Origin: Octopus bimaculoides
Taxonomy: Eukaryota
Assembly (NCBI RefSeq): GCF_001194135.2
Contig: NC_069004.1
Coordinates: 28,153,428 to 28,217,427 of the forward strand
Length of the DNA stretch: 64,000 bases
Reading direction: 5' to 3'
Below the pieces are notes generated by a model. That model was given only the letters and a program-made list of their open reading frames with translations. It was not told where the DNA came from and searched no databases. The translations under genes and the position numbers were made by a program. Shown in pieces: positions 52,071 through 63,830 of this stretch; positions within the stretch are counted from its first letter, which is position 1; every line of letters starts with the position of its first letter.

Positions 52071-52270
52071 ATGAGTAGCATGCGGACATGGAAGGTGGTA
52101 GCTGCCCTGTTAGGGTTCTGGCTGGTCATTATGATGTACATGAGCAGCACAGTATTCCAAAACACCGATACATCACATCGTACAGAACGGCAATTACGCC
52201 ATGCAATGGATGAATTAGACAGACTTCGCAAACAAAATATCGAACTCAAACAGTTGGCCACAGAGCTCAA
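52071..52270 (+). CDS. FUT8: Alpha-(1,6)-fucosyltransferase, first coding exon (cytoplasmic tail, type II TM anchor, coiled-coil stem); partial gene
   Basis: Translates MSSMRTWKVVAALLGFWLVIMMYMSSTVFQNTDTSHRTERQLRHAMDELDRLRKQNIELKQLATEL(K). This parallels the remembered human FUT8 N-terminus (MRPW..W..LLFY..R.L...L.RLKQQNEDLRRMAESLR). Long polypyrimidine tract with AG acceptor at 52061-52062; phase-2 donor AA|GTAAGA after 52270. Confidence 0.87.
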
Positions 52271-52546
52271 GTAAGACACGACTTATTTATCTTAAAAGGT
52301 TTGCATGGTTTTGGTGGTGGTGGTCATGGAAAGCAGGAGTCTTTTTCTTTTTTGTCATTTAGTTGTTTCGGTCACTGAACTGCGTGGCCATGCTGGAGCA
52401 CCACCTGGAAGAGTTTGCTCTCGATCTGGTTACCTATTTTCTCTTTTTAAGTTTGGTACTTATTCTATCAGTCTCTTTTTTTATGAGAACATAAACAAAC
52501 CAGCATTGGTCAAGTAGTGGGGTGGGGACATACGCAGAACAAAGAT

Positions 52547-52578
<32 letters not shown>

Positions 52579-54773
52579 CTCTTTCTTTTAATCTTTTATT
52601 TTTTACTTGTTTCAGTTGTCAGTCTGTGGTCATGCTGGGGCATCTCCTACCTTGAAGAATTTTAGTTGAACTAATTAACCCCAATTACTTATTTTCTTTT
52701 TAAGCCAAGTACTTATTCTATCAGTCTCTTTTGTCAAACCACTAAGTTACATGTATTTCTGTGCAACTCTGGGAGCAGCATATAGAATTATCATTGATTT
52801 TTAACATAGGAAGGAGTTTACCATTCTGCCAAAAAAAAAAAAAATGAAAGAAAAATCACTAATTAATTTAATCATATGTTACTTCTTTTGCTTGCTTACT
52901 TTTTGCTCTTACCTTTTTGAAAAAGAAATCATTTTAACATCCACCTTTCTATGCTTGTATGGGTCGGATACCGTTTCTGTTGCCAAACCCACCCATTTCC
53001 AAATAAAGTAATAATTTCTCTATGACTAGACATGTTTTCATAAAAGATTGGAAATGGACACTGCTTGTATGATGGTGATAACTATTTACCACAAATATAG
53101 AATATCAAAAGAAAGAGCCTCCAACTCACACAAGCAGACATAAATTCACACACACGTATATAAGACAGGCATCTTTTGGCTTTTGTCTACCAAATCCACT
53201 CATTTAATTAGCTTGGGTGTATAGTAGAGGCCACATACCCAAAGTGCTGTACAGTGAGCCTAAACCCAAAACCACATGGTTGGAAGCAAGTTTCTTAACC
53301 ACACAGCCAGTGAGAGGTTTTTATTTTGACACTCAATTTCCTTTTACAAAAAAAAAAGAAAAACTCTCAAAATCTTAATACATTGAAACAGAAATTTGTG
53401 TGATTTAGACAAAAAGCTTGTGAAGGGAAGGTGGACAAGTGGTTTGGGTATTCATTTCACAATTGTAAGGTTGTGAGTTCAATACCTAGCAGCATATTGT
53501 GTCCTTGAGCAAGACACTTTATTTCACATTGCTCAACTCCATTCAGCTGGCAGAAATGAGTAGTACCTGTACTTCAAAGGGTCAACCTTATCACATTCTG
53601 TGTCACGCTGAATCTCCCTGGGAACTATTTTAAGAGTACGCGGAGTGTGGCCATTGCCAGAACCGCCTGACTGGCCTTCGTGCCGGTGGCACGTAAAAGC
53701 ACCCACTACACTCTCGGAGTGGTTGGCTTTAGGAAGGGCATCCAGCTGTAGAAACTCTACCAAATCAGATTGGAGCCTGGTGTAGCCATCTGGTTTCACC
53801 AGTCCTCAGTCAAATTGTCCAACCCATGCTAGCATGGAAAACGGACATTAAACGACGACGACGATGATGATGATGTGTCTGTGGAGTGCTCAACCACTTG
53901 CATGTTAATTTCACAAGCAAGCTGTTCTGCTGATCACATCAATCGGAACCCTTGTCATCGCAGCTGATGCAGTGCTACTATGGAAAAATATTTAGTGAGA
54001 ACTTTTGAAGATGAGACATAGCAGGAGTTACAAAATGAGGAGAGACTTGTTTCATTAAGTGGAATTAGCGAAAGTGGAGGCAGGGGCAGGAAGGCGTGGG
54101 AGTATCCGATTAGCCAGTTCAAAAGAACAGTAGTAGCAGCAGGAGAGACATAGAGAAGAAACAACTTGTCTATAAGGTAGTTCTGACTATAACACGATGT
54201 GATTTATTGCTACAGTTGACTCTGTCATTATTTGCAGCTTTGCTTCTTTTATTTGTGTTATTTTAAACAAGTATTTACCAGTATGAGATCAATTCTATAT
54301 AAATGAAAGTTATACTGAATTTAATTTTGACGTAACGAAGAATTTGAATGATATATGTTTGTCTGAAATGTTACCGATTCCAATTAGTGTTGAAAATATC
54401 AGCTGTAAGAACCAGCACAATGCTTCAGGTGACAGTCAAAACTAATTGATGCTGAGATGGAAATGGTTGGTGACCTTGTGAATGGATTTGTCAGATAGCA
54501 ACAGAAAGCAGCTTGTCATATGTATATGTATGTATTTGATCATGATTTTAATGTCTACTTTCTGTGCTTGCATGGGGCAGATTTTCTACAGTCACATGCC
54601 CTTTGTGTTGCTAACATTCACCCATTTCAAGTAAGGTAATATTTTCCCATGACTAGACATATCTTGGAATATTGGAAACAAAGAGCACTACTTGCATGAT
54701 GGTAACAATTGCTTATAACTATCATGCAATGTTAAGGCAAGGAGACACATAACAGACACATAGAAGTGTGCAT

Positions 54774-54827
<54 letters not shown>

Positions 54828-54837
54828 NNNNNNNNNN

Positions 54838-54876
<39 letters not shown>

Positions 54877-55631
54877 GGGTTTCTTTCGAATTTTGTCGAC
54901 TAAATCCACTTATAAGGCCTTGGTTGACCTGGGGCTGTAGTAGAAGACACAGTTACTCAATCCAAAGAGGTGGGGTGTCCTCCAGTTCACCAAAAGAAAT
55001 TTGTTCTTATGTTTGCTTTTGCTGAAAATTTCAGATTTGGAATTAGTGTTAGTGTGGTGGAATCCTTGGACCTAAAAAGAATGTGTGATCTTTCAGCTAC
55101 ACATAAGTTGCATTTTTTAGATCCATTTAAAAAAAAGCACTCAGTCCACTCTTTGAGGTGATTAGTGTTAGGAAGGGCATCCAGCCATAAAAGTCATGCC
55201 AAAACCAACACAGTAGCTTGATGTAGTCTACCTGGCCGGCTCCTGTCAAACCATCCAAACCATGCTAGCATGGAAGACGGACGTTAAATGATGATGAGGA
55301 TTTACATATGGTATCAATTTCTCCATAATTCTCCACTTCATTGTATGTGGTGTGCAGTTGGTCTTCAAATCCAATATGTGCAGGAATTGAGTATACTTGG
55401 TTCCATGAATGTGCACTTGAGACACAGGAACTGAGTTGACTTGTTTTTGATTGTGGGGTACTTTCCAGATTTCTTTACAATTCATATGATGTCCACTTAC
55501 GTTATTTTTACTGGACAACAGAAAGGGATTGCATGAACTGATTTGCATATGATTAGCGTGTTACATTCCATCACCAGCTTGTGAATGGGAGACATAAATT
55601 TAATCTGCGCAGCGAGAGTTACAAATCACCT

Positions 55632-55861
55632 TTAACCCTTTAGTGTTCGCATTATTCTGCCAAAATTAATGCTTTTTTTATCCACATTGTTTTGAATTAA
55701 TCATGCATTATCTTGTAGCTATGAGATCTTGATGAGGTAGCTGTTAATTTCTAAAACAATATTGTAGGGTTGGTGTGAGAGACCAGATCTGGCAATTTTG
55801 AACATAAAACAGACAGAATACTTTTGGCCGGATATGGCTAGTTTAAATGCTAAAGGGTTGA
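55632..55861. mobile_element. piggyBac-like MITE
   Basis: TTAA-CCCTTTAG ... CTAAAGGG-TTGA termini (right TTAA mutated), 222 bp between target sites. Confidence 0.7.
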
Positions 55862-56266
55862 TTACTAAGAAAATTATAATCTTAACGAACAAATATCTCC
55901 TGGAGAGAATACCAAAGTATCACTGATGTTATTTTTCTTTGGGAATCATCGAATTTAGCTCTGCAAACTAGCCAATCATTCGTTAGTTTTGTCATCTCAT
56001 GTCGTACTACACTAATTAAAAGGTCACACTGCAATCACTGCTGTCCTTAAGTAGCTTTTGATCAACTCATATGCAATGCTGCCATAATCCGTATAACCAT
56101 GACATCACTGTTATTCCGTTCTTTTCAAAGCTGAGCCTGATTCTTTTTATTGTTCCTTGTCATAAGCGGCCCTCGCCAGCTGCTGTCGGTTCATGTTGCC
56201 GGTGACATTAGCAGTCCTTTCATTTATCAACAATACAGGTTTAACAATTTAGTTTATACTCTCTCT

Positions 56267-56471
56267 TTTTTTTATTCTTTTTACTTGTTTCAGTCACTTT
56301 GACTGCGGCCATGCTGGAGCACCGCCTTTAGTCGAGCAAACCGACCCCAGGACTTATACTTTGTAAGCCTAGTGCTTATCCTATTGGTCTCTTTTGCCGA
56401 ACCGCTAAGTTACGGGGACGTAAACACACCAGCATCGGTTGTCAAGCAATGTTGGGGGGGGGACAAACACA

Positions 56472-56529
<58 letters not shown>

Positions 56530-56692
56530 CATATATACGACGGGCTTCTTTCAGTTTCCGTCTACCAAATCCACTCACAAGGCTTTGGTCGGCCCGAGGC
56601 TATAGTAGAAGACACTTGCCCAAGGTGCCACGCAGTGGGACTGAACCCGGAACCATGTGGTTGGTAAGCAAGCTACTTTCCACACAGCCATT
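56267..56692 (-). mobile_element. tRNA-derived SINE family A, best-preserved copy, with internal (TA)/(TG) microsatellite
   Basis: Minus strand: TGGCTGTGTGG A box, GGTTCAGTCCC B-box-like, CORE-like CACCTTGGGCAAGTGTCTT, internal microsatellite, tail GGCGGTGCTCCAGCATGGCCGCAGTCAAAGTGACTGAAACAAGTAAAAGAATAAA. About 30 copies or fragments in the window. Confidence 0.9.
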
Positions 56693-57283
56693 CTTGCATC
56701 TATATTGAGGAACTACTTAGATTTTTTTTTGTTTTTTTGATTTGTTTTAACCATTACCACAACCAAGGCCATGCTGGTGCATTCTTTGAGTTTGGTGAAG
56801 TTGGTCACTGAGAGCAAAATATTACATCACAATGCCATAGATTGGACATTAATTATTAATCTTCCAGCTTGTTGTTCATTATTCTATTATTGACCCAGCC
56901 ATCCATGTTTAAATGTTATTATTGTGCAAAATAAATTGGGACTGTTTATATCTATTATATATACATTAATATATTATACAGTAGAGGATGGACAGCATAT
57001 TTGATTATCTTTGATTTCTCTTTGTTTTTTTTTCTTTGAAAATTTTATTATGTTCACCACATTGTTGATTATCTCAACAATAACAGCAAAAAATTATTAA
57101 TTTGAAGAATTAGGTTCAGACTATGTAAGAGGACTATGATAGTCCTGTATTATTTTATTGTAAAACTGAAATTAATATAATTAACATTGAATGGTAGTGG
57201 CATAGTAAAATGCAAAAAAAAAAAAAAAAATGAACCGACGTTTTCTTTTCATGCAGTTAATCAGCTCTTCTTCCCAGACTACA

Positions 57284-57322
<39 letters not shown>

Positions 57323-57620
57323 NNNNNNNNNNNNNNNNNNNNNNNNNNNNNNNNNNNNNNNNNNNNNNNNNNNNNNNNNNNNNNNNNNNNNNNNNNNNNN
57401 NNNNNNNNNNNNNNNNNNNNNNNNNNNNNNNNNNNNNNNNNNNNNNNNNNNNNNNNNNNNNNNNNNNNNNNNNNNNNNNNNNNNNNNNNNNNNNNNNNNN
57501 NNNNNNNNNNNNNNNNNNNNNNNNNNNNNNNNNNNNNNNNNNNNNNNNNAAAAAAAAAAAAAAAAAATGAACCGACGTTTTCTTTTCATGCAGTTAATCA
57601 GCTCTTCTTCCCAGACTACA

Positions 57621-57672
<52 letters not shown>

Positions 57673-58490
57673 AGAATCAAAAGAGATTCATGCTGGTCTG
57701 TGTCAGTAAGACTTGTATTCTTCAGTAAAGTCGACAAAAATAGTACATAGGGAATGGAAAGTCCAACAGTTCTTTTGAATTTTGTCTACTAAATCCACTT
57801 ACAAGGCCTTGGTTGACCTGGGGCTGTAGTAGAAGACACAGTTACTCAATCCAGAGAGGTGGGGTGTCCTCCAGTTCACCAAAAGAAATTTGGTACAGTT
57901 CTTCAGGAAAAAGTTGACCGGGGGGAAACTAAAGAGAAACTCCTATTGGCTTTTCATTTAAGAAGGGCTCTTACTGAAACATTGAAATTTTCACTCCCCT
58001 CACCTAGTTCACTGTATCTTTTTTTTTAGCTGATTTTATTATTTATACAGGCGCATAGCCTAGAAGTTAGAGTATTGCATTCACAATTGCTAGATCGTGG
58101 GTTCAATTCCTGGACTGGGTGGTGTATTATGTTCTTTAGATAAACACTTCTTTTTGCATACCTCTGTGATCATTTGGACATCTGATGCATGGCACTCTTG
58201 TGCACCTATACAGGCAGGGTCAGTTTGCTGGAAGGAGTGAACACTCGTACGTCGTCTTTGACAAGATTCCATTATATACGTCTATACGCACAAGGTGCAT
58301 GTAATAAGTTGTTGTTTACCAAATACACTCACAGTCCATTGGTCAGCCTCGGGCAGTGGTAGAAGACATTTACCGAAGATGCTAGGCTGTGGGACTCGAA
58401 CCATGTGGTTGTGAAGTAAACTTCTTGTACCACACAGCCATTCTTGTACCTGTTTAGATATAGGTAGGTAGGAAGGCAGGTAGGCAGGCA

Positions 58491-58499
58491 GATATAGAG

Positions 58500-58542
<43 letters not shown>

Positions 58543-58661
58543 CAGAGATAGATAGATAGACAGAGATAAATAGACAGACAGAGATAGATAGATAGACAGA
58601 TAAATAGATAGATAGACAGATAGATAGATAGATAGACAGCCAGAGATAAACAGGTAGATAG

Positions 58662-58716
<55 letters not shown>
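58491..58716. repeat. (AGAT)n with AGAC variants
   Basis: Direct reading. Confidence 0.97.
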
Positions 58717-59361
58717 TTTTTCTCTTATAATGTATCTCATCTTTGAATTTCTGTTTATCTGGCTCGATTTTCTTTACCTTTCTTTTTGTAATTTTCCACT
58801 AGATGCATCATGTGTCACTCATAACTACTAATGGCAAAGGTTTTTGCTTTTACCTTAGTTCACCTATTTTATCAGACAAGCATAAATGGGATTGTTTCAG
58901 GCAAGATTGGATGTTTGAGTATTGTCAAGAGCAATTGCATATTATGTTTCTTGTTAGCTGCATAACTTTCCTTCTGCAACCCACTCTGCTTAGAGAGTGG
59001 AGGTGGAACTTGTCATTAATCAAGCTGATAAATACAAGCAGAGATTTATATCAACAATATATCTGAGAGAAAATACTGCTGGTTTTGCATATTTAATGCA
59101 AATATAGCAAGACCTCCAGGTATGTAACATAGGGAGTTGAAAAACTCGGATCAGCTGAGTTTATGCTAAATGCTGTGACAAATGAACAGATTTAGTCATG
59201 GTGACAACCAGTGCTGAAGTAAAACTGGTGAAATAGATACTAAATAGTCATAGCTACTAGAATTCTTTCTTATATAATGTCTTTCTTTCATTCATACCTG
59301 TCATGTTGCTTTTCTTCTAGCTACTTGATATTGTTCCTTGCTCCACCTCTATCTTTCTACT

Positions 59362-59748
59362 GGAGGCGCAATGGCTCAGTGGTTAGGGCAGCGGACTCGA
59401 GGTCATAGGATCGCGGTTTCGATTCCCAGACCGGGCGTTGTGAGTGTTTATTAAGCGAAAACACCTAAAAGCTCCACAAGGCTCCGGCAGGGGATGGTGG
59501 CAAACCCTGCTGTACTCTTCCACCACAACTTTCTCTCACTCTTACTTCCTGTTTCTGTTGTACCTGTATTTCAAAAAACCAGCCTTGTCACATTGTGTCA
59601 CGCTGAATATCCCTGAGAACTACATTAAGGGTACACGTGTCTGTGGAGTGCTCAGCCACTTGCATGTTAATTTCACGAGCAGGCTGTTCCGTTGATCGGA
59701 TCAACTGGAACCCTCGACGTTGTGAGCGACGGAGTGCCAACAACAACA
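59362..59748 (+). mobile_element. tRNA-derived SINE family D, near-intact, (CAA)n tail
   Basis: A box TGGCTCAGTGG 59372-59382, B box GTTTCGATTCC 59416-59426. Its 3' half matches the interrupted copy at 53451-53977. Confidence 0.85.
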
Positions 59749-59789
59749 TTCTTTCTACTATTCTTTCCAGGCCTGTCTCTTGGATTTTT

Positions 59790-60350
59790 CTGAAGCTTCC
59801 ATCATTAATGACCACGGGTGAGGGTTCTAGATGTTCACTGTACTGGAGTAGTATTGCCTGTGGCCGAACAGTTTGATGCACGAATAACAGGTTCTTTCAT
59901 ACAAGCCACACTTGTGGGTTGTGCCAGTGATGCTGGGACCAGTATCTTTTCATTTCTTTGTTGTGTTGATGCATAGGTGAGGCTGGAGTGTCCTCTCCAG
60001 TGTTTTGTCTGGTTCTAGCTGTCCAATATAGGATGTTTGATATGATCCAAGCCTGGTGGAGGCACATAGTTTAGTGGTAAGAGTGTTGGAGTCATAGCTG
60101 TAAGATTGTGGTTTCAGTTATTGGACAGTCCCCTCAGCTGGTGAAAATGAGCAATCCTGTGATGACCCAGCATCTTGTTGTAGGGGAAAATAATATATGT
60201 GCCACAGAACCGGGAAAACTTGCCATACGAGTCCGTATGACTCTGGAAGAATCTTTTTTATTTATTCAAGCCTGGACCATATGATATGAAGGACCCATGA
60301 AGTGTGACCCTGCTCTCCACATCACTGGCAAGTCCAAAGGAGCAACATAG
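59790..60350 (-). mobile_element. Decayed RTE-clade LINE, C-terminal region, split by a SINE
   Basis: Minus strand ...THKCGLYERTCYSCIKLFGHRQYYSST resembles the RTE terminal C..C.R.C.SRIGL.SH motif. An ILYGQL-like segment appears after a frameshift. Confidence 0.55.
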
Positions 60351-61769
60351 CTTTTGTGTACCATTCCACCATCGTGGCACTTTCCATCTCAGTGGAACCT
60401 TGCTCCGTCTGCAAATCTGATCTGGCTTGCAGCAGGTTTATCTTAAAGAAGCTCTCACTTGTCTATCTTCCCTGTTATATGTCTCCGTCTCTTTTTCCTC
60501 CTCTTTTCACATACACATCGCCAAGCACTTCTCTGACTCCGAACCTATGTCTGACCAAGAGATGTTTCAGTCTCCATTCTTTCCTTCCTTCCTTCCTTCC
60601 TTCCTTCTCCAATAAAATACTCTCCATGCACAGAATTACACGGCGAATGTTAGTCAGTTTCTAGAGACGGGGAAAACTTTCTCACAATGGACACTCTCAT
60701 TCTATCTGATGTCAGTTCTGACAGTTAGGCAGTCGTATTGCTCTGTGTGTCGTCTATCACGAGTTCCAAGCTGTTCTTACTAATTATTTCAATGTTTCCG
60801 AGAATGGCCAGGCAGGCAGGCAGGGAGGGAGGGAGGGAGGGAGAAATATAGCTGATGTATGCGCATCTTGTTATTCAAATATAATCAACATACACATCAT
60901 GTCTTCTTCTTCAGACACGATCATTATCATACATCATCATCATCATCAACATCATAGTCATCACCATCATCATCATCATCATCATCATAATCATGGTTAT
61001 CATCATCATAAGGCACACTAACCAACATTTGCATCTTGTGAAATTTAAAGAAATAACAATATTTTAAACTAGTTTCTTCTTCTTCTTCTTCTTCCCCCTC
61101 CCCCTCCTCCACCAATGTATTAAGTCTTTCAGATTTCTATTGGTCCTATTTTGTTGTTAGAAGAAATACAGCAACAACAGCACAAAGAAAAAAAGAAAAA
61201 AAAGAAAAGAAAAGAAAAGAAAGAATGAACGAAAGACAGACATTATATTATATAAGGAAGAATTCTTGTAGTTATGACTAATTAGTGCCTATTTCACTAG
61301 TTCACCATCAGTACTGGTTGTCTCCACGACTGAATTAACCTGTTCATTTGTCACAGTTGGTATTTAAAGTCACATAAAGACTCACTCTGCTCTGTGTGAC
61401 TTGAATTTCATCGTACATTCTGTTTACGCATTACGACAGATTATTGTGTTTTCTAATTAATATGTTTGGTCACGATCTGCCACTGAGTCCCTTTTGATAC
61501 TGACTGCCATCATCATCATCATCATCATAATCATCACTATCATCATCGTCGTTGTTGTCGTTGTTGTTGTCATCGGGTTTTCTATTCTGGCACATCTTCA
61601 ACGTAGCAAACATTGGGCCTTCTCATTGAACCCCCCAACCAATTGCTGCTAATCGGCTACAAAGGCTCAGATGAAGCCCACGAGGGAGTATATTGTTCCT
61701 GCTTCCGGGGACACTGCTGTCACTACTACTACTACTACTGCTGCTGCTACTACTACTACTACTACTAGC

Positions 61770-61884
61770 ATCCTAGACAACTTTGCCTTCTCCACCTTTG
61801 AGAAAATGCTGCCTGACTGATTGATGTGATGTCATCAGCATACTCCAGCCTCTGACCTACACACTTGCTGTCTCCGTTCTCTTG
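61770..61884 (-). mobile_element. Non-LTR reverse transcriptase relic with YADD motif
   Basis: Minus strand QRLEYADDITSIS; TAT GCT GAT GAC at 61842-61831. Same strand as the RTE relic at 59.8-60.35 kb. Confidence 0.5.
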
Positions 61885-61885
61885 G

Positions 61886-62618
61886 CTTCTTCTTTTTCTT
61901 CTTCTTCTTCTTCTTCTTCTTCACTTTCTCCTTCTTCTTCTTCTTCTTCTTCTTCTTCACTTTCTTCTTCTTCTTCTTTTTCTTCTTCTTCACTTTCTTC
62001 TTCTTCTTCTTCTTCACTTTCTTCTTCTTCACTTTCTTCTTCTTCTTCTTCACTTTCTTCTTCTTCTTCACTTTCTTCTTCTTCTTCACTTTCTTCTTCT
62101 TCTTCTTCTTCTTCTTCTTCTTCTTCTTCTTCTTCTTCTTCTTCNNNNNNNNNNNNNNNNNNNNNNNNNNNNNNNNNNNNNNNNNNNNNNNNNNNNNNNN
62201 NNNNNNNNNNNNNNNNNNNNNNNNNNNNNNNNNNNNNNNNNNNNNNNNNNNNNNNNNNNNNNNNNNNNNNNNNNNNNNNNNNNNNNNNNNNNNNNNNNNN
62301 NNNNNNNNNNNNNNNNNNNNNNNNNNNNNNNNNNNNNNNNNNNNNNNNNNNNNNNNNNNNNNNCTTCTTCTTCTTCTTCTTCTTCTTCACTTTCTTCTTC
62401 TTCTTCTTTTTCTTCTTATTCACTTTCTTCTTCTTCTTCTTCTTCACTTTCTTCTTCTTCACTTTCTTCTTCTTCTTCTTCACTTTCTTCTTCTTCTTCA
62501 CTTTCTTCTTCTTCTTCACTTTCTTCTTCTTCTTCTTCTTCTTCTTCTTCTTCTTCTTCTTCTTCTTCTTCTTCTTCTTCTTCTTCACTTTCTTCTTCAT
62601 CTTCTTCACCTTCTTCTT
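61886..62618. repeat. (TTC)n array with periodic ACT interruptions, spanning a gap
   Basis: Direct reading; N-run at 62145-62363. Confidence 0.97.
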
Positions 62619-63369
62619 AATTGGCTGATCATAGGACACCTCCATTCAAACATTTCTACTCCTCTAGGCACCCATATTGTGTGAACCCTCTTTCATCTCC
62701 ATTTCCTTCCTTGAAGAATGCCACCAAACTGATATAAATGAACCCAGCAACACACTCCAATCTCTCTCACAGACCTGTTATCTTCTCTCTCTGTCTTTTC
62801 TTCATCTTCCTCTTCTACTACTGCAGTGTGGCTTCTGTTCTTTGGACCTGGCTGGTCTTGTACTACCTCAAGTAGCTCTCCTAGTCTTGGCACCCACATT
62901 GAGTCCATCTTCACCACAGAAGGTTCCAAGCTAACCTCCACCTCTTCCCAATCCTTCCTGCCCAAAACAAACCCTCAAAAATTCTCTCACATGTTTTTTA
63001 CCCAGCAATCAAGCTACTTGAAACTGTACTGGTTTTCTGTCTCCTGTTTGAAGAGGAATATGTGCCATCTGCCATTTGAGTCTGACAAGCCATCCATGGA
63101 GCTTAATGCTTTATGGATGTGAAACCATTGGTTACTCTATGACCAGACATATATTTAACCTCCTGTGGATACATTACTGTTCTATTCTTTAGAGTGAGCT
63201 TCCTTTTTGGATATATAACACCCTGACAGTGTGTATGTATATATANNNNNNNNNNNNNNNNNNNNNNNNNNNNNNNNNNNNNNNNNNNNNNNNNNNNNNN
63301 NNNNNNNNNNNNNNNNNNNNNNNNNNNNNNNNNNNNNNNNNNNNNNNNNNNNNNNNNNTATATATATAT

Positions 63370-63560
63370 ATATGTATAGTTCAAAATTGTACAAAAGCCA
63401 AAAATATGGAGACATGTGAAGGGACAACAAACAAAGTGTATTAATTTGACACTCAGGAAAAATGGAAGAGTCTTTGACATTTCAAGCCTACACTCTTCTA
63501 GGAGAGGAAACATAGAAAAAGGAAAGAAAAAAAACACATCTGGATTAACAGCTGCATACA
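63370..63560 (-). mobile_element. Second, more decayed copy of the 19495 Penelope-type terminal family
   Basis: Minus strand CTAGAAGAGTGTAGGCTTGAAATGTCAAAGACTCTT...CCTGAGTGTCAAATTAATACACTTTGTTTGTTG aligns by eye to 19574-19650, with CpG-type transitions. Confidence 0.5.
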
Positions 63561-63590
63561 TACCAACACATATATATATATATATATATA

Positions 63591-63830
63591 TCACTTTAAA
63601 GTTTATCTCTACAGATTTTCTATAGAATTTAGAGTCAGTGAGTTACAATGTTTCGTATAGAAATACATGTGTGTAAGCAATGTGATCAAAGATTGAAAAA
63701 TAGGTATTCACCTATCTTTCTATCTTTGATCACGTTTTCCACAGAGGACGTATTCATATACAAAACATCATAACTTTCAGTGTTGACTCTAAACTCTATC
63801 GGAAATCAGTAGAGATAAGCTTAAAAGTGA
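63591..63830. mobile_element. Older foldback MITE
   Basis: TCACTTTAAAGTTTATCTCTAC...GATCAAAGAT..ATAGG tattca CCTAT..ATCTTTGATC...GTAGAGATAAGCTTAAAAGTGA. Confidence 0.75.

Noticed and set aside
57205-57670. Identical 118-bp block on both sides of the 57323-57549 gap
   Set aside because: Typical false-gap echo at a microsatellite.
59771-59817. Possible second FUT8 exon (TTCTTTCCAG acceptor, GTGAGG donor, in phase)
   Set aside because: The peptide KPVSWIFLKLPSLMTT has no FUT8 resemblance and lies antisense in the RTE relic.
61930-62600. Same series of TTC interruptions on both sides of the gap, suggesting a higher-order repeat
   Set aside because: Cannot be separated from assembly duplication; the true array may be shorter.
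61835-62645. Long poly-Lys/Glu/Ser/Leu ORFs; likewise poly-Ile 1941-2198, poly-His 44887-45165, HT/YI/CV-repeat ORFs and all X-filled ORFs
   Set aside because: They are translations of microsatellites or N-gaps, with no codon or domain signal.
10094-63505. Apparent rule that intact ribozymes lie antisense to host transcripts
   Set aside because: Only nine motifs, host transcription is inferred, and the 42226 motif is sense and may be active.
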